A stretch of DNA of 64,000 bases, from positions 46,357,609 to 46,421,608 of the forward strand of contig NC_057730.1 in NCBI RefSeq assembly GCF_004010195.1, in the 5' to 3' direction. Positions 26,001-38,312 of the stretch are shown here, in pieces. The notes under the pieces are model-generated. The model was not told the origin of the DNA and ran no database searches. It saw nothing but the letters and a program-made list of their open reading frames with translations. The position numbers and the translations under genes were made by a program. This DNA is from Chiloscyllium plagiosum (lineage: Eukaryota). Every line of letters begins with the position of its first letter. The stretch's first letter is position 1.

Positions 26001-26078
26001 AGTCGGCTGGAAGCAAGAGGATTAATAAAAAGGAACCATCCGTAGAGCAAGAAATGCAGCGATTGGGTATTGATCAAG
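25990..26078 (+). other. SPSB3: probable SPSB3 exon 1 (5' UTR, or a short coding extension)
   Basis: Donor-like aag|gtgcgg at 26078/26079 at the CpG-island edge; a head-to-head arrangement with NUBP2 is known in mammals. The TSS is not determinable. Confidence 0.5.
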
Positions 26079-27739
26079 GTGCGGTGCTTGTGGAGAGGAA
26101 GCAGCTTTCTAAGACCGTGTTGCTTAGTGTCGGTGGATGCTGATGGCGTATTTACGGTTTAAATGTATGTGTATTGATGGGGTGGTCGTAGTAGGCCCGA
26201 GGCCTGCGGGTGTCTGTCTGCAGCCCCCGTCCCACGCTCTCCGCATTACGTTTACTGCTTTAACTTCCCTGATCATTTCCTGGCTTATTTAAAGCGAAAT
26301 CATTGTCATATTGCAAGTCCTTATCCGTCACTTAATGGGGTTCTTTTTTATCAAGCTACGAGCTTGATGTCGATCAATTTTAGGGACAACAGATTTGTCT
26401 CTGTGCGGTGCCGAGTATGGGGGCGAATCCTTTCCTCGAGATGTTTGTTGTTGATCCAAATCTAAGAGCTACGAATTGCATATTAACTACACAACATGGT
26501 TTGCAATACAGTTCTTCGCCCCCAGCGTTTTTCAAAATGCGTTGAATAAACCCTTGCCATAGCAAACGCCTCAATTGCATTAATTTCTTAATCCTAGCCT
26601 ATGCCCTCTTGTTTTGCGGCTCAACCTCTGTGCATTTAAAACAAATGTACGCAACTGATAACTGAGCACCTTTCTTTCATGCGTCTATTAATGCGTTGAG
26701 TGCGTAGCCTGACTTGGTCATGTTACTTACTCGGTGAAGATGAGCTGTCAGGTTTTATTATTTTCTTGGTCCAGGTGAGCAGCTGTGTGCCATCTTCATT
26801 GTTCGTCTAGCGATGACTCCGTGAAGTTACTGGCAATTGCTACCAGTGGAAATGCAAGTCTGTTTTTCCCCTAGAATGTGAAGGAGAAGATAAATGCGGT
26901 TTTAGAGTTTTACTAGGCAATGTCTCCTTTAATTTGAGTAATTGTGAACGTTTTTGCTCTAAAAAGTGGTTAAGTCGTTTCAAGCCTATCCGTTGCTTGC
27001 TTAATCAAGGAATTGTTGCGTTCTAGAACAAAATGTGCCCACGAATTCAGCTAGTTATGGTAGCGCTATGATTTGTTGCTGCTTTCTTTGTGGAAGAGAC
27101 GTTTGCTTTTGTGGAGGAGGCCAGTGTTTTAAAAGTTAATGGTTGCCCTTCGGGGCAAATGAAGGAGATTTCTCCTTTACTGTTGTAATTTTAGGTTTCT
27201 CTGCCAAAGAAGGTGGTGCCTTTAAATATTTTTAAGGTAGTGGTAGATTCCGTTGCCCAACAAGAATCTAAGGTTATTTGGGCAGATGAGAATATTAAAT
27301 TCTAGCAGATTGGCTGTTATGCTGAATGACAAAGCAGGCTAAAGATGCTGAATGGAGACTTCTGTTCTTAATTCTTGTCTGTATTTGCACAAATTGAAAT
27401 CCACTTTTGTTTTGAAGGCTGTTTTGATGTCGTTAATCAATGGGTGTGGGAACAAACTATTCAAATTTTAGTTGATCACAAGGCATACTCTGTGCCAATG
27501 TGTCCTCATTTCTTGTTTTCAAGTATATAATGTGGTTCTGGTGCATCAGTGGCAGATACCATATAATGCCAAAAACTGAAAAGCATTCTATTGTAAGTCT
27601 GTGTATTCTTGAGCATGTATCAGAATTGTATAATTTTATATTGTTAACCCTTACATCATCTGACTAGATTTTCACTGAGCCTGATTACTAAACTTATGGG
27701 TTGTTGTAACACTAGTACAAAGATATTTATTGGGTTTTT

Positions 27740-27905
27740 AAAAATAAATCAAACTGTAGATGCAGGACATCAGGAACAAAATCAAAAATTGCCGGGGAGA
27801 ATAAACCTCAGCAGGTCTCCGCAGAATATTCTGAAGAAGGGTCACTGGGCCTGAAACATTAATTCTGCTTTCTCTTGCCAGACCCTCTGAGGTTTTTCCA
27901 GCAAG
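27740..27905 (+). mobile_element. Penelope-derived mini-element with inverted segment
   Basis: ctgaagaagggtcactgggcctgaaacatt hammerhead-like core; inverted ctcagcaggtct / agaccctctgag. Confidence 0.55.
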
Positions 27906-29319
27906 TTAATTGGGTATCTAACCAAAAGCTACACTAAGTTGTATTTTTACACTAAAGGTTTACTGATAATGTTCCAGCAAATCTACAAAGGTTATTAAAT
28001 GAAATGCGTACCTACTAGATGTTAGTGTGGTTTCAAAATAAAGGTTAAGGTTTGTAAACTTTGCTATATGTTGAAAATTCAGCAACTTGAAAAAGTCACC
28101 CATTGAAACAGCCCTAGGCTGCCTGAATGTGACTGCAGTTAATACAGCAACATGATTTAAAATATAGGGGAACTGAGTCTGTTTCTATTAAAACCTGTCC
28201 TCACTAATTAGTGACTAGTGCATCTCGACAATGATACAGCAAAACCACTGACTAGCAGGTCCTTAAGCTTACCTATTTTTTTCCAAAAGAAGCATTGATT
28301 CAGTTAATATTTCCATTCTGCTTGGCCACCTATGTTCTGAACATCTGAATGGTGCTACTTGCTCACTTAAAAGAAAATGAATGGCTGCATGATAGTAATT
28401 CGGGAGTTTTGCTGTAATAAATTGATCTAAATTCATATTCTAAGTTGTGGATTTGCCTTGTTACAGGGGTTCTCCAATTTGAATGTCTAACTTTCAACCA
28501 GTTGCACTTGTGATCATGCTCTTGTGGAGAGGTGTAACTTTGAAGATTTGACATATACAGGCATCTGCTGTGCTTGCAAACAGCTCCTTTATATTGTCAT
28601 GCAGTATTTCGACTTGCTTGCAAACAGAATCTGTTTGCAACCTGTCTATACTTATTGCTATCTAACTGGAAACCATATCTATCAATTGCCATTTTTCTCT
28701 ATTTTTAATGTTTAGATAACCCCTCAATCTTGTAAGTTATGACATATGGAACTGCATAGTGTGATTAGTGGATATGGATTATAATGTGAATGTTTGCATC
28801 CAAAGACTGACAACTTTGTAGCTGGATAATGTTACCAAGTAAACATCTCCCTTTTTAATTGGCAAAATGAATACTTGACTTTCTCTTCTTGGAAGTCATA
28901 GACCCAGTGCTATAAGTGAATTTGTAATAAGTAAAATCTTGTTATAACTAGCTCTGAAATCTATGGTGCACCTTTTAAATTGATTCTATTTCTACTTGTT
29001 CAATATCAGGTTCAAGGAAGCATGTGGCCTACTCCTATTTCTGATGCCTTTGTTTAAAATGCCAATACTGGCTTAACTGAGCTTTTAAATTCAAGTGTGT
29101 TGTCTTTGTATTCGAGACATGTCCCTGCATCAAGGTCATTTATGCATCTAGTTTGTTTCTGTGTATTGCTGCACATGGTTTGCCATGTGATGCTTTTAAT
29201 GGTTTGCTTTAATTCATCAATGTGGTTGCCTTACATGTAAGTAGCAAATGTCCAAAGCACCATTCATGGTTTAAATTTTTTTTTGTTCTGTTAATCATGG
29301 TTCAATTACTAACACTTAA

Positions 29320-29410
29320 CTCTAGAAAGTTGCATAGGTTCAAGCCCAAATTCAGCACTTGAGCATTAAGGTCAGATGTGACACTCCAATGCAGTATACT
29401 TGTCATGTAT
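29320..29410 (+). mobile_element. ancient Deu-domain-type SINE remnant
   Basis: ggttcaagccc...acttgagca...tgacactccaatgcagta resembles the shark DeuSINE head as recalled; heavily decayed. Confidence 0.35.
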
Positions 29411-32395
29411 AGCAGTATTCAGTATTAACATAGTCTCTAAACCTAAATGCTTTACTTTCTCATCAGCTTGTAAAGAAGCTAAACTCTGTGGCATCAGACT
29501 ACATTTAAGAGGTGGGATTCTAAGACTTTTAAACGAACCGATGTCAGTTTGTAAGATGAACTTGATGTTTTCTCCCCATTAGAGCTTTGTTTCTGATGGC
29601 AAAATTATAGCATAGATCCAGTTGTCATTTCAAGACTATTTTAACGTGGAAATGTACTCTCAGGAACAGATGACAGTGGGTCCAATGGTGTTCTGTACTT
29701 TAAATTAATTTTGAGCTACTGGAAATGCTACATCAACTTTAAAAATCCTGTTTTGAATGGGAGGTAATTGGGGCATTGGTAGTAACAGGCTTGCAGGCCT
29801 CTTATTTGTGGTGTCACAACACAATGCTGAGGATCAGAATTAAAATTGGACAAAAGAGACTGACTTCTGAATTTGGGTGTTTTAAGATTGATTGATTTCA
29901 GCTTCAATCCTGAAGGCAACCTTTTAAACCGGGTCAGCCAGTCCTTTGGATATGTGACCTAAATAAATATTTCAAAGAAAGTGTGTTTTAGCAGGATGTC
30001 TGTGGTATTAATTGGAGTGTTTATGCTGTGATAAATGACATGCTGAAAAGCAAGTTTATTGGAGCCATTGGTAAATTTTAGTTGAGTTGGGTTCGGAAAA
30101 ATCTGGCTTTCAGTCATGAAGAGCAGGTGCACCCAAGCTGTAGGGCATTCATTACTTGCAGAAACCGAGGTTGTAGAAGTTTGTAGAAATTTTTTGTTAA
30201 TTTCTTGCTATTAACTGAAAAGCAACCCAACATCATTGAAAGATTGTCTTGTAGCTTTGCCTTGCAGTTACCATGGCACCTTGGTATTTCTTGCAAAGTA
30301 AATAGTTGGTAAAATTAACACTGCAAAATAGACTAAAAGTTAAAGTCTTGTTACACTCATCAGACCTTGGACACAGTTGGACTTGAGATGCAATCTTGTA
30401 TCCCATGAAATGAGGGTGTAGATTGGCAGGGCCATAATTGACATGGATATGCAGCAAGAACAGTTAACTTTAATATTTATTCTCAGACCACAAATAGGTC
30501 TGAGGTAGGTTCTGATTGGTGTGTCTCCATGGCAACCCCTTAACCAATGTTTCTGACTGCCTGACCTTATTTTTCTTAAACGATACAATGCATGTATGTT
30601 TCTTTGGGCGTACATAAAACATGGTCTTGAGTGTTTATATATAAAAGTTTAGCATGTGTAAATGACTTACTGGGTACAATTGATCTTGAAACTAGTTTCT
30701 GGTATCATTCTTGGCACAGTGAATTATTTAAATGATTCCCAATAGCAGAATCAAATCTACTTGTTTTCAGTCTCTGGCATTTGATTTCTAACCATGTGCA
30801 GCAGGAGGAATAGTCAATCAACTGGTATTTTTACAAATTTGCTAAGTATTCTTTAATCAGTATAGTAAAATACTAGCAGTACTAAATCTTTTTGTAGGCT
30901 GTATTAATTATTAGCACTTTGCAATTTTAATTCAGAGATATGCTGTTCTGGAAGAAAGTGTGATCCAGGCAAGCATACCTGCAAAAAGTACTTGTAGCTG
31001 CAGGAACCTCCGCTCAGTGATTGAGCTGGAGACCACAACTTTGGATATGAGAGAATAAAGGGCTGAGACTAAACTGCAAATGCTGCCACCTTGGATGACA
31101 AATTTCCTAGATTTTGTCTTTTGTCTTAATTTCAGGAGGCAGTAACGCTGCTTAGGTTCTTATTGCTCAATAGGGACAGTTGTTTGCAAGTTAGATCAGT
31201 AAATGCATCTGGGGCAGGAGCTTTGGCCATGACAATTGTCCATCAAATTTCTTTTCCTTTCTTTGGAGCAGCAGCCTTCACTATTTAACTGTTAAAGAGG
31301 GAACATTATGAATGTGGCTGTAGTGATGGGGATGGTAAATTGTCACCACTGTGTAGTAAAAAGCATGAATCCAGAAGGCTTTTAGCTGCCTGATTTGAGG
31401 TTTGGAATCTGTTCTGCACTGGAGGCAATTTGTAGTGGGAAGGGGAGGATAAGTAGTTGATCTGCAATTGATAATTGATACTATGCAATTGTTATCAATG
31501 CAGAATAAAATCTAGAAAAGGCATTCTGAAAGACTATAGAAGTAGGTGCTAATTTTAAAGGGTAGAACCTCCAGGATAGTCTCTAGATTACTACCTGAGC
31601 TGCCACCAATTTGGCTCATGATGGGTAAGATGAGTGAGGAGAATTGGGTCCTAGTTTATTGGAGCCAATGCTCCATATTGGGAGTACTGTACTATTAGGA
31701 TAGTACTACATCTGACAGATGTCCTCAAACCATAACTTAAGTAGGGATGCCTTTAAAGGGTGAGATGAAGAACCAAGTATGGGTGAATGTAACAAATTGA
31801 GGGACAGGGTTGAGGCAGAAAATCAAAATGCAGATGTGGAGAATGTGTCCCCTGCTGCCAAAGCAAAGAATCAAAGACCAGAGTCCAAACTAGATGCTGC
31901 ACAGTTAAAATTTAATGAAAAACTGATTTGATTACTAAACACAGATAGTGACTAAATTGATATTGCAGAGATGGCTAAAGAATGACTAGGATTGGTTCAT
32001 AGTGGAAATGATCTCTACCTGAACAGTGACTACAGTATAGGAGTATGCAAGAAGAAATACTGGATACTTGTGTAAAGGGACGGCAATAATTGAGTATCTT
32101 AATCTTTTTAAAAACTAGAAAATTCAGCCTAATAGCCTTTGAGGAGTTCATAGAATTATTTCAAGGTTGTGCAAGGTAGACAAGCAGGAGGCTGGAAGAA
32201 CACAGCGAGTCAGACAGCATCAGGTGGTGAAATCAACTTTCTGGAACTGACCAGAGATCAAGCTGTGCTAGACTTGGCATTGTGTAGTGTGTCAAGATAA
32301 ATTTGTGATTCCTGAAAGCACCATCACTTAACAGCAGTCCAGTTTGAAAAGAGCAGGTCTATGTCTGGCATTGTAAACCTAGATTAAGGCAACTA

Positions 32396-32522
32396 CAGAG
32401 GAACCTTTATTATCTGAATAACACCGGGAGTATTTTCTCAGATAAGAGTCCTGGATAACAGTTTAACTGAGTATCGGCATCTTGCCAGCTAATCCAAAAT
32501 TTGGATATTCGAGGTTCCTCTG
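32396..32522. mobile_element. 127-bp Tc1/mariner (pogo/Tigger-like) MITE
   Basis: TA|cagaggaacctttattatctgaa ... tttggatattcgaggttcctctg|TA. Confidence 0.8.
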
Positions 32523-32529
32523 TATAGGG

Positions 32530-32960
32530 GCGTTCATCAGGTGTTTGAAATACTCCCCATTTGTCTGGATGGTATAACTCAAATGCTAGAAGCTTGGCAC
32601 TGTCCAGGACAAAGCAGCCCACTTGATTTGACACTACATCCTCTCCCTGCACCACAGAAATGATCACCAAAGGTCCACTGTAACTTTCAAACACACAACC
32701 ATTTCAATTTGAAAGACCAGGGCACCAGATTCTTGAAAACCACCTGCAAAACTCTTCTCCGTGCCACTCACCATCCTGAGTTGGAAACGAATTGCAGTCC
32801 CTTCACTATGCTGAACAAGAATTTCTTCCCTGAGGGTATTGTAGTTCAACCTACATTATGTGGACTGCAGTGGTTCCAGAAGGCAGCTCACCACCACAAG
32901 GGCAACTTGCGAATAGGTAATAAATGCTGGCCCTGTCAGTGATCCCTATGTTCCACGAGT
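32530..32960 (+). mobile_element. LINE (CR1/L2 group) 3' fragment
   Basis: EYSPFVWM-like remnant and 3' end gctcaccaccac...aagggcaac...taaatgctggcc, shared with 33620-34160. Confidence 0.6.
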
Positions 32961-33619
32961 GAAGGAAGAGAAAAACATTAACTGCAATGAACTGGGATAT
33001 TAGGGTAGGAGGTGCATCAGAGGAGAAGCAGTGGTGGATTATTGAAGAGATGTATCAGAATGTTAAGTGTATGCTTGTAGTAAAGAAGAAATTTGAGAAC
33101 CTACCATCTGTGGTTAAAGATGAGAGAATCAAATTTATGGGAAAAGCACGTAATCATGGAAAAGTGAGAGGGACAGATGACTGGTGTGAACACAATAAGT
33201 GACTAAATGGGATAAATACATTTCAGCATGACAGCCAGCTCAGTGTGAAAACAATAGTTTCTATAGGTGTCTTTAAAAGGAAGAGACTAAGTGATTTAGC
33301 TTCACTCCTAGAGTGAGGGGGTGATGCAGTTGCTGATGTTGAAGTAGTGAATATAATGAAATACTTTGCTTCTGTCCTCACTGTAGATATAGAAATGTAT
33401 TTTGCACAAAATCTGTAAATATGGAGATTAAACATGAAGTACTTGGAGAAATTATGGTCACCAGGGAAGTGGTAATGACCTAACTGAATTATGGGTTGAT
33501 AAGTTTCCAGATAGACTTCAATAGTCAAAACAATACTAAGATGATGTCTAATGCATTGGTGTTTTAGAATTTTGTTGGATTTTGGAATGGTTCCATCAGA
33601 TTTGAAAATGGTAAAGAGC

Positions 33620-34160
33620 AGGTCAGAAGCTAGGAATATTGCAGTGAGTAACTCCTTATCTCCAAGCTTGCCCATCTACAAAACACAAGTTGATGTGTTT
33701 GAATACTCCCCACTTGCCTGGATGAGTGTTGTTCCAACAATATTCAAAGCACGACGTCGTCCAAGTCAAAGCAGTCTGCTTGATTGGCACCACATCAACA
33801 AACTTCCTTTTCCTCCATTTCTACTCCGTAGCAGCAGCATGTACCATCCACAAGATGCATTGCAGAAATTTACCAAAGGTCCTTGGCACCCTCCAAACCC
33901 ATGACTGCAATCATTTAGAAGAAAAGTTAAATGAGAACACTACCACCTGCATGTTTCCCTCCAAGCCATTCACCACCCTGACTTGGAAATGTATTACTGC
34001 CATTGGGACAAAATCCTGCAATTCCCTCAATGGCATTTCAGGTCAACCTACAGATACAGATTTTAGCTGTTCAGGAAGGTAGCTCACCACCACCTTCAAT
34101 GGCAACTAAGGACTGGAAATTTTGGCCCAGCCAATAATGCCAAGATCTGACAAGTGAACT
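33620..34160 (+). mobile_element. LINE (CR1/L2 group) 3' fragment
   Basis: IYKTQVDVFEYSPLAWMS and VAAACTIHKMHCRNLPK; same family as 32530 and 62860. Confidence 0.65.
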
Positions 34161-34689
34161 TAAAACAGGCTGTTTGAAGTCTGGGTATAAAATAAATGGG
34201 ATTTGTGCACACATGGACATATATCCCAACATGGTAAATAATGGGGCCTAAAAGTTCCAAAGATCTCTAAAATTTATAAAGCTTGAGGGGAAATGCCCAT
34301 AGCAGACTCTTCCCATTTCACTTTTTTTTCGAACGTGTTAGTTCTGTGAAAACCTGGTAACAGGACTGTAGAACTGTGCTCATAAGCGGATTAAATTACC
34401 GTGGGGTGAAGAAATTAATATTTCTGGACCTGAAGTACTGGGATTTAAAAACCCTAAAAAATTACAAAGCAGAGTACATAGCTCCCATCTTCCAGTTGGG
34501 AGTTGCTGAAACATGCCACTCTGGATTTGGTACAACCGATGAGTGGTTTTGGTAATGTACCAGGAGTGGTGCTTTCCATCTCCATTTATAGAATGAGTAT
34601 CCTTTTTAGAATAAACTTTCATTTTCTTGTGAAAGCAATTTTGCATGCTTATTTTTCAGCAAGCAATCACTAGAATAAAACTAAATCAA

Positions 34690-35070
34690 GGATGTTGCCA
34701 GGACTGGAGAATTTGAGTTCTAAGGATAAGCTGAGACCATTTTTCACTGGAGCAGAGGAGGTTGGGGGTTAACCTCAAGTTTATAAAATCATAAGGGATA
34801 TAGATCGTGAATAGCAAAAGTCTTTTCATCGGGTAGAGATCAAAACTAAGGGACATATTTTTAAGATTTGAAAGGGATCAGAGGGGCAGTTTTTAAGGGT
34901 GGTTCACATATAGAATGAACTGCTAGAGGAAGAGGTAGACTCAGGTACAATTACATCATTTAAAAGACGTTTGGACAGACAAGTGAATAGGGAAGGTTGA
35001 GAGGCATATGGGAACCTTGATTGGCAAAAATGATTTTGACAAATCCATGCTGTATGATGGACTCTATAAA
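34690..35070 (+). mobile_element. decayed CR1 3' end
   Basis: RMLPGLENLS...FSLEQRRL...FKRRLD remnants and a gactctat tail. Confidence 0.75.
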
Positions 35071-35339
35071 TGAAATACCAAGCAAGGTTCATGACTGCGA
35101 TTTGACTTGTCTGGTAATAACATCTGGAGTAAACGAGAACCACCTCAACTTCCTGTTAAGGGTAATGTTGGTTAATATTCATTAAACATGGATCACCTCC
35201 CCTTGGTCTTGTCCACATCATCCTCCCCAAATTACTAACCTTTCTACCCACTAGACTTCCTACTCGTTTTAGATACTTCATTTTCCACATCCTGCATTAG
35301 TCTGGCTGTTGAAACAACTCTACATCCACTGAATCCCTC

Positions 35340-36600
35340 ATTTTTGTCTCTTTTGCAGGGTAAGCTGCCACACGACAAGGCTGACAGAGCAAAGACCAGT
35401 GGTGAGTCGACCAACATTTGTGACCTCGCCCCATAATGAGAAGATCACTTAGAATAGCGAGACAGGACTGAGACCTCATGTGGAGATGCCGAGACCTCCA
35501 TGTCATAGCAAACAAGTAAGCTTCACTATGCTGCTTTCCCAGTGCCACAAGTGTCATGTTATGGTGCTCAAGCTTGCTACTTCCCCTCTACCTGACACAA
35601 ATTGAACACTTTTTATTGCAACTTTCCTGAATAGGCACCAGCAGCACCCACAGCCTCCAAATCCTCCTGAAGAGGCCTCTGCACATCTGCATCCACCCCC
35701 TTTCCGTTCCAAACCTAACCACCGCAAGGAAGTGTCAAGGATCCCACAAAGGAGGAATCCTACACCCTTTAGCTTTGGCTTTCACCTCCTGGGGGGTTCT
35801 CTTTCTAGTCTAGATTCAGGAGCGTGTTCAGGTGAACACATTACTGCAGATCTCTGCAGCTGTTTGGCACTCAAGACTGCTGTAAATCAAGCATCTGTTC
35901 AGCCCCAGGCACATGGCCCCTCCATGGTGTTGACCAATTAAAACTTGTGGCTGTACGTTTGCTTGAAGCAACAGGAAGGCTTATCTGACAGGAGTATGCT
36001 GGTATCATACCATACTCTCTCCAGAATGGTGTGTCTGGTTGTCTCAATGATTAGATTGGTTGCTTCCATGAAAAACTAGATCTGCGAGGTTTGCACGCTG
36101 ACCTGGATTCCATCACTTTAAGCACTTGTGCACCACATCAAGGTAAGCAGGATGAGGAATGAAGACTGGATTCCAATATCCCTTCTTTGCCAGGAGGCAG
36201 TAGTCCTTACAGGCACCCATACAGAGAAGGAGCCCCAGACAGCCCTCCCAGAAGTCTCCTGTTGGGATGCTTTTATTTTGAGGTGCGAGGTCCTTCAGCT
36301 CCACTTAACCTGCAATTTCTGTCCCAACTCTCAAAATTGCAACTAAGGTTGAATTTGCACATGGCCAGGGCATGCTCTCTTAGCCCACGTGGACCCTTTA
36401 ACTGCAGATGTCCAGGACTGCAAACTGTTCCAAGTCAACAATCTTCACTACAGAGCACCCTGCCTTCATCCCAGCTTAAGATTCCATGATAGCACCTTTT
36501 TGTCATGGGAGGGCAAGCATTCAAAAAATCTGAGCCGATGTGAATATATAAACACCACATCTAAAAGTATAAGTGTACTTTTAGATCACATCAAATGTCA
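35340..36600 (+). mobile_element. possible PIF/Harbinger Myb/SANT-gene relic
   Basis: After the acceptor ttttgcag (35351-35358) it reads GKLPHDKADRAKTSGESTNICDLAP, resembling the KLAHN.RER.KTGGG motif of Harbinger Myb/SANT proteins; decayed. Confidence 0.35.
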
Positions 36601-36645
36601 TTTTAACTGTCGGACCTAACTGTGTGGCTGTCATGTCAGTTTTTA

Positions 36646-36940
36646 AGATTCCCTACAGTGTGGAAAGAGGCTCTTCGGCCCAAAAAGTCCACACTGACTC
36701 TCCAAAGAGTAACCCACCCAGAACCATTTCCCTCTGATTAATGCACCTAACACTATGGACAATTTTGCATGGCCAATTCACCTGACCTGCACATTTTTGG
36801 ACTGTGGGAGGAAACCGGATCACCTGGAGGAAACTCACACAGACACTGGGAAAATGTGCAAACTCCACACAGACTGGTCACCCAAGGCTGGAATTGAACT
36901 TGGGACGACTGAGGCAACAGTGCTAACCACTGAGCCACCG
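36646..36940 (-). mobile_element. HE1/V-SINE
   Basis: Reverse complement of the SINE head and V-domain. Confidence 0.88.
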
Positions 36941-36974
36941 TTCTGCCATTTCTTGCTTCCCAAGGAGGATGTGA

Positions 36975-38312
36975 TTTTAAAAAAACTGCAAATGCTGGAA
37001 TCCAAGGTAGACAAGCAGGAGGCTGGAAGAACACTGCAATGTTTTAGGCGTAACCCTTCAGGACTGGAGGGGTGGGGGAGGGTTTAGGGTGGGGGGAGTA
37101 CAAGAGCAGGTTGGTGAGGTAGGGATAGGTGAACACGGATAGAGGGTGTGGCCTGGTTGGTGGTTGGGAGGAATGAACCCAGTTGATAGCTGGAAGAAAG
37201 GAGGAATGGAAGTGAGGGGAAGGGGAGGGAGTTTATTTAAGACTGGAGAATTATGTTAATTCCTCTAGGCTGTAGGCTCCCAGGTGGAAAGTGAGGTGGT
37301 GTTCCTCCAATTTGCAGTCTTGATTCACTGGCAATAGATGAGGCCAAGGATGGTCATGTCGGAAAGGGAGTAGGAAGCGGAATTAGAGTGGGCAGTGACT
37401 GAGGTCATAAGACCATAAGACATAGGAGTGGAAGTGAGGCCATTTGGCCCATCGAGTCCACTCCGCCATTTAATCATGGCTGATGGGCATTTCAACTCCA
37501 CTTACCCGCATTCTCCCTGTAGCCCTTAATTCCTTGTGACATCGAGAATTTATCAATTTCTGCCTTGAAGACATTTAGCGTCCCGGCCTCCACTGCATTC
37601 TGCGGCAATGAATTCCACAGGCCAACCACTCTCTGGCTGAAGAAATGTCTCTGCATTTCTGTTCTGAATTGACCCCCTCTAATTCTAAGGCTGTGTCCAT
37701 GGGTCCTAGTCTCCCCGCCTAACGGAAACAATTTCCTAGCGTCTACCCTTTCCAAGCCATGTATTATCTTGTAAGTTTCTATTAGATCACCCCTTAATCT
37801 TCTAAACTCCAATGAATACAATCCCAGGATCCTCAGCCATTCCTCGTATGTTAGACCTACCATTCCAGGGATCATCTGTGTGAATCTCTGCTGGACATGC
37901 TCCAGTGCCAGTATGTCCTTCCTGAGGTGTGGGGACCAAAACTGGACACAGTACTCCAAATGGGGCCGAACCAGAGCTTTATAAAGTCTCAGTAGCACAA
38001 CGGTGCTTTTATATTCCAACCCTCTTGAGATAAATGACAATGTTGCATTTGCTTTCTTAATTGCGGACTCACCCTGCATGTTTACCTTTAGAGAATCCTT
38101 GACTAGCACTCCCAGATCCCTTTGTACTTTGGCTTTATGGTCATGTCAGCCCCTGCAGCCCCAGCTGAGATGTTTGGTAAAACATGCCTTGGGTTTTACG
38201 TTTGGTCTCCCTGATGTAGAGAAGACCACATTGGGAGATTCATATATTGTAAACTAGGCTGGAGGAGAGAAAAGTGAACCTCTGTCTCACCTAGAAGGAC
38301 TGTTTGGAGCCC
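36975..38312 (-). mobile_element. Neptune-type Penelope element (GIY-YIG remnant) interrupted by a CR1
   Basis: The minus strand gives QRFTF...QCGLLYIRETKR (38140-38310), continuing after the CR1 as DLSVTAHSNSASYSLSDMTILGL (<37408), then a pLTR. Confidence 0.75.
37409..38138 (-). mobile_element. young 5'-truncated CR1 LINE (second subfamily)
   Basis: Uninterrupted 205-aa ORF2 C-terminus (RPHLEYCVQFWSP, LRGDLIETYKI, FFSQRVV); (gtcttatg)n tail; ggtcat on both flanks. Confidence 0.92.

Larger units (their letters stand above)
31500..33610 (+). mobile_element. very old, fragmented CR1 with younger insertions
   Basis: Scattered remnants such as KYFASVLTV, LDFGMVPSDLK and LDLALCS; boundaries uncertain. 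Confidence 0.4.

Noticed and set aside
25470-26077. ORFs of 94-126 aa over the CpG island
   Set aside because: GC-rich promoter and intron sequence; only MAAAE is coding, and the rest reads through the splice donor.
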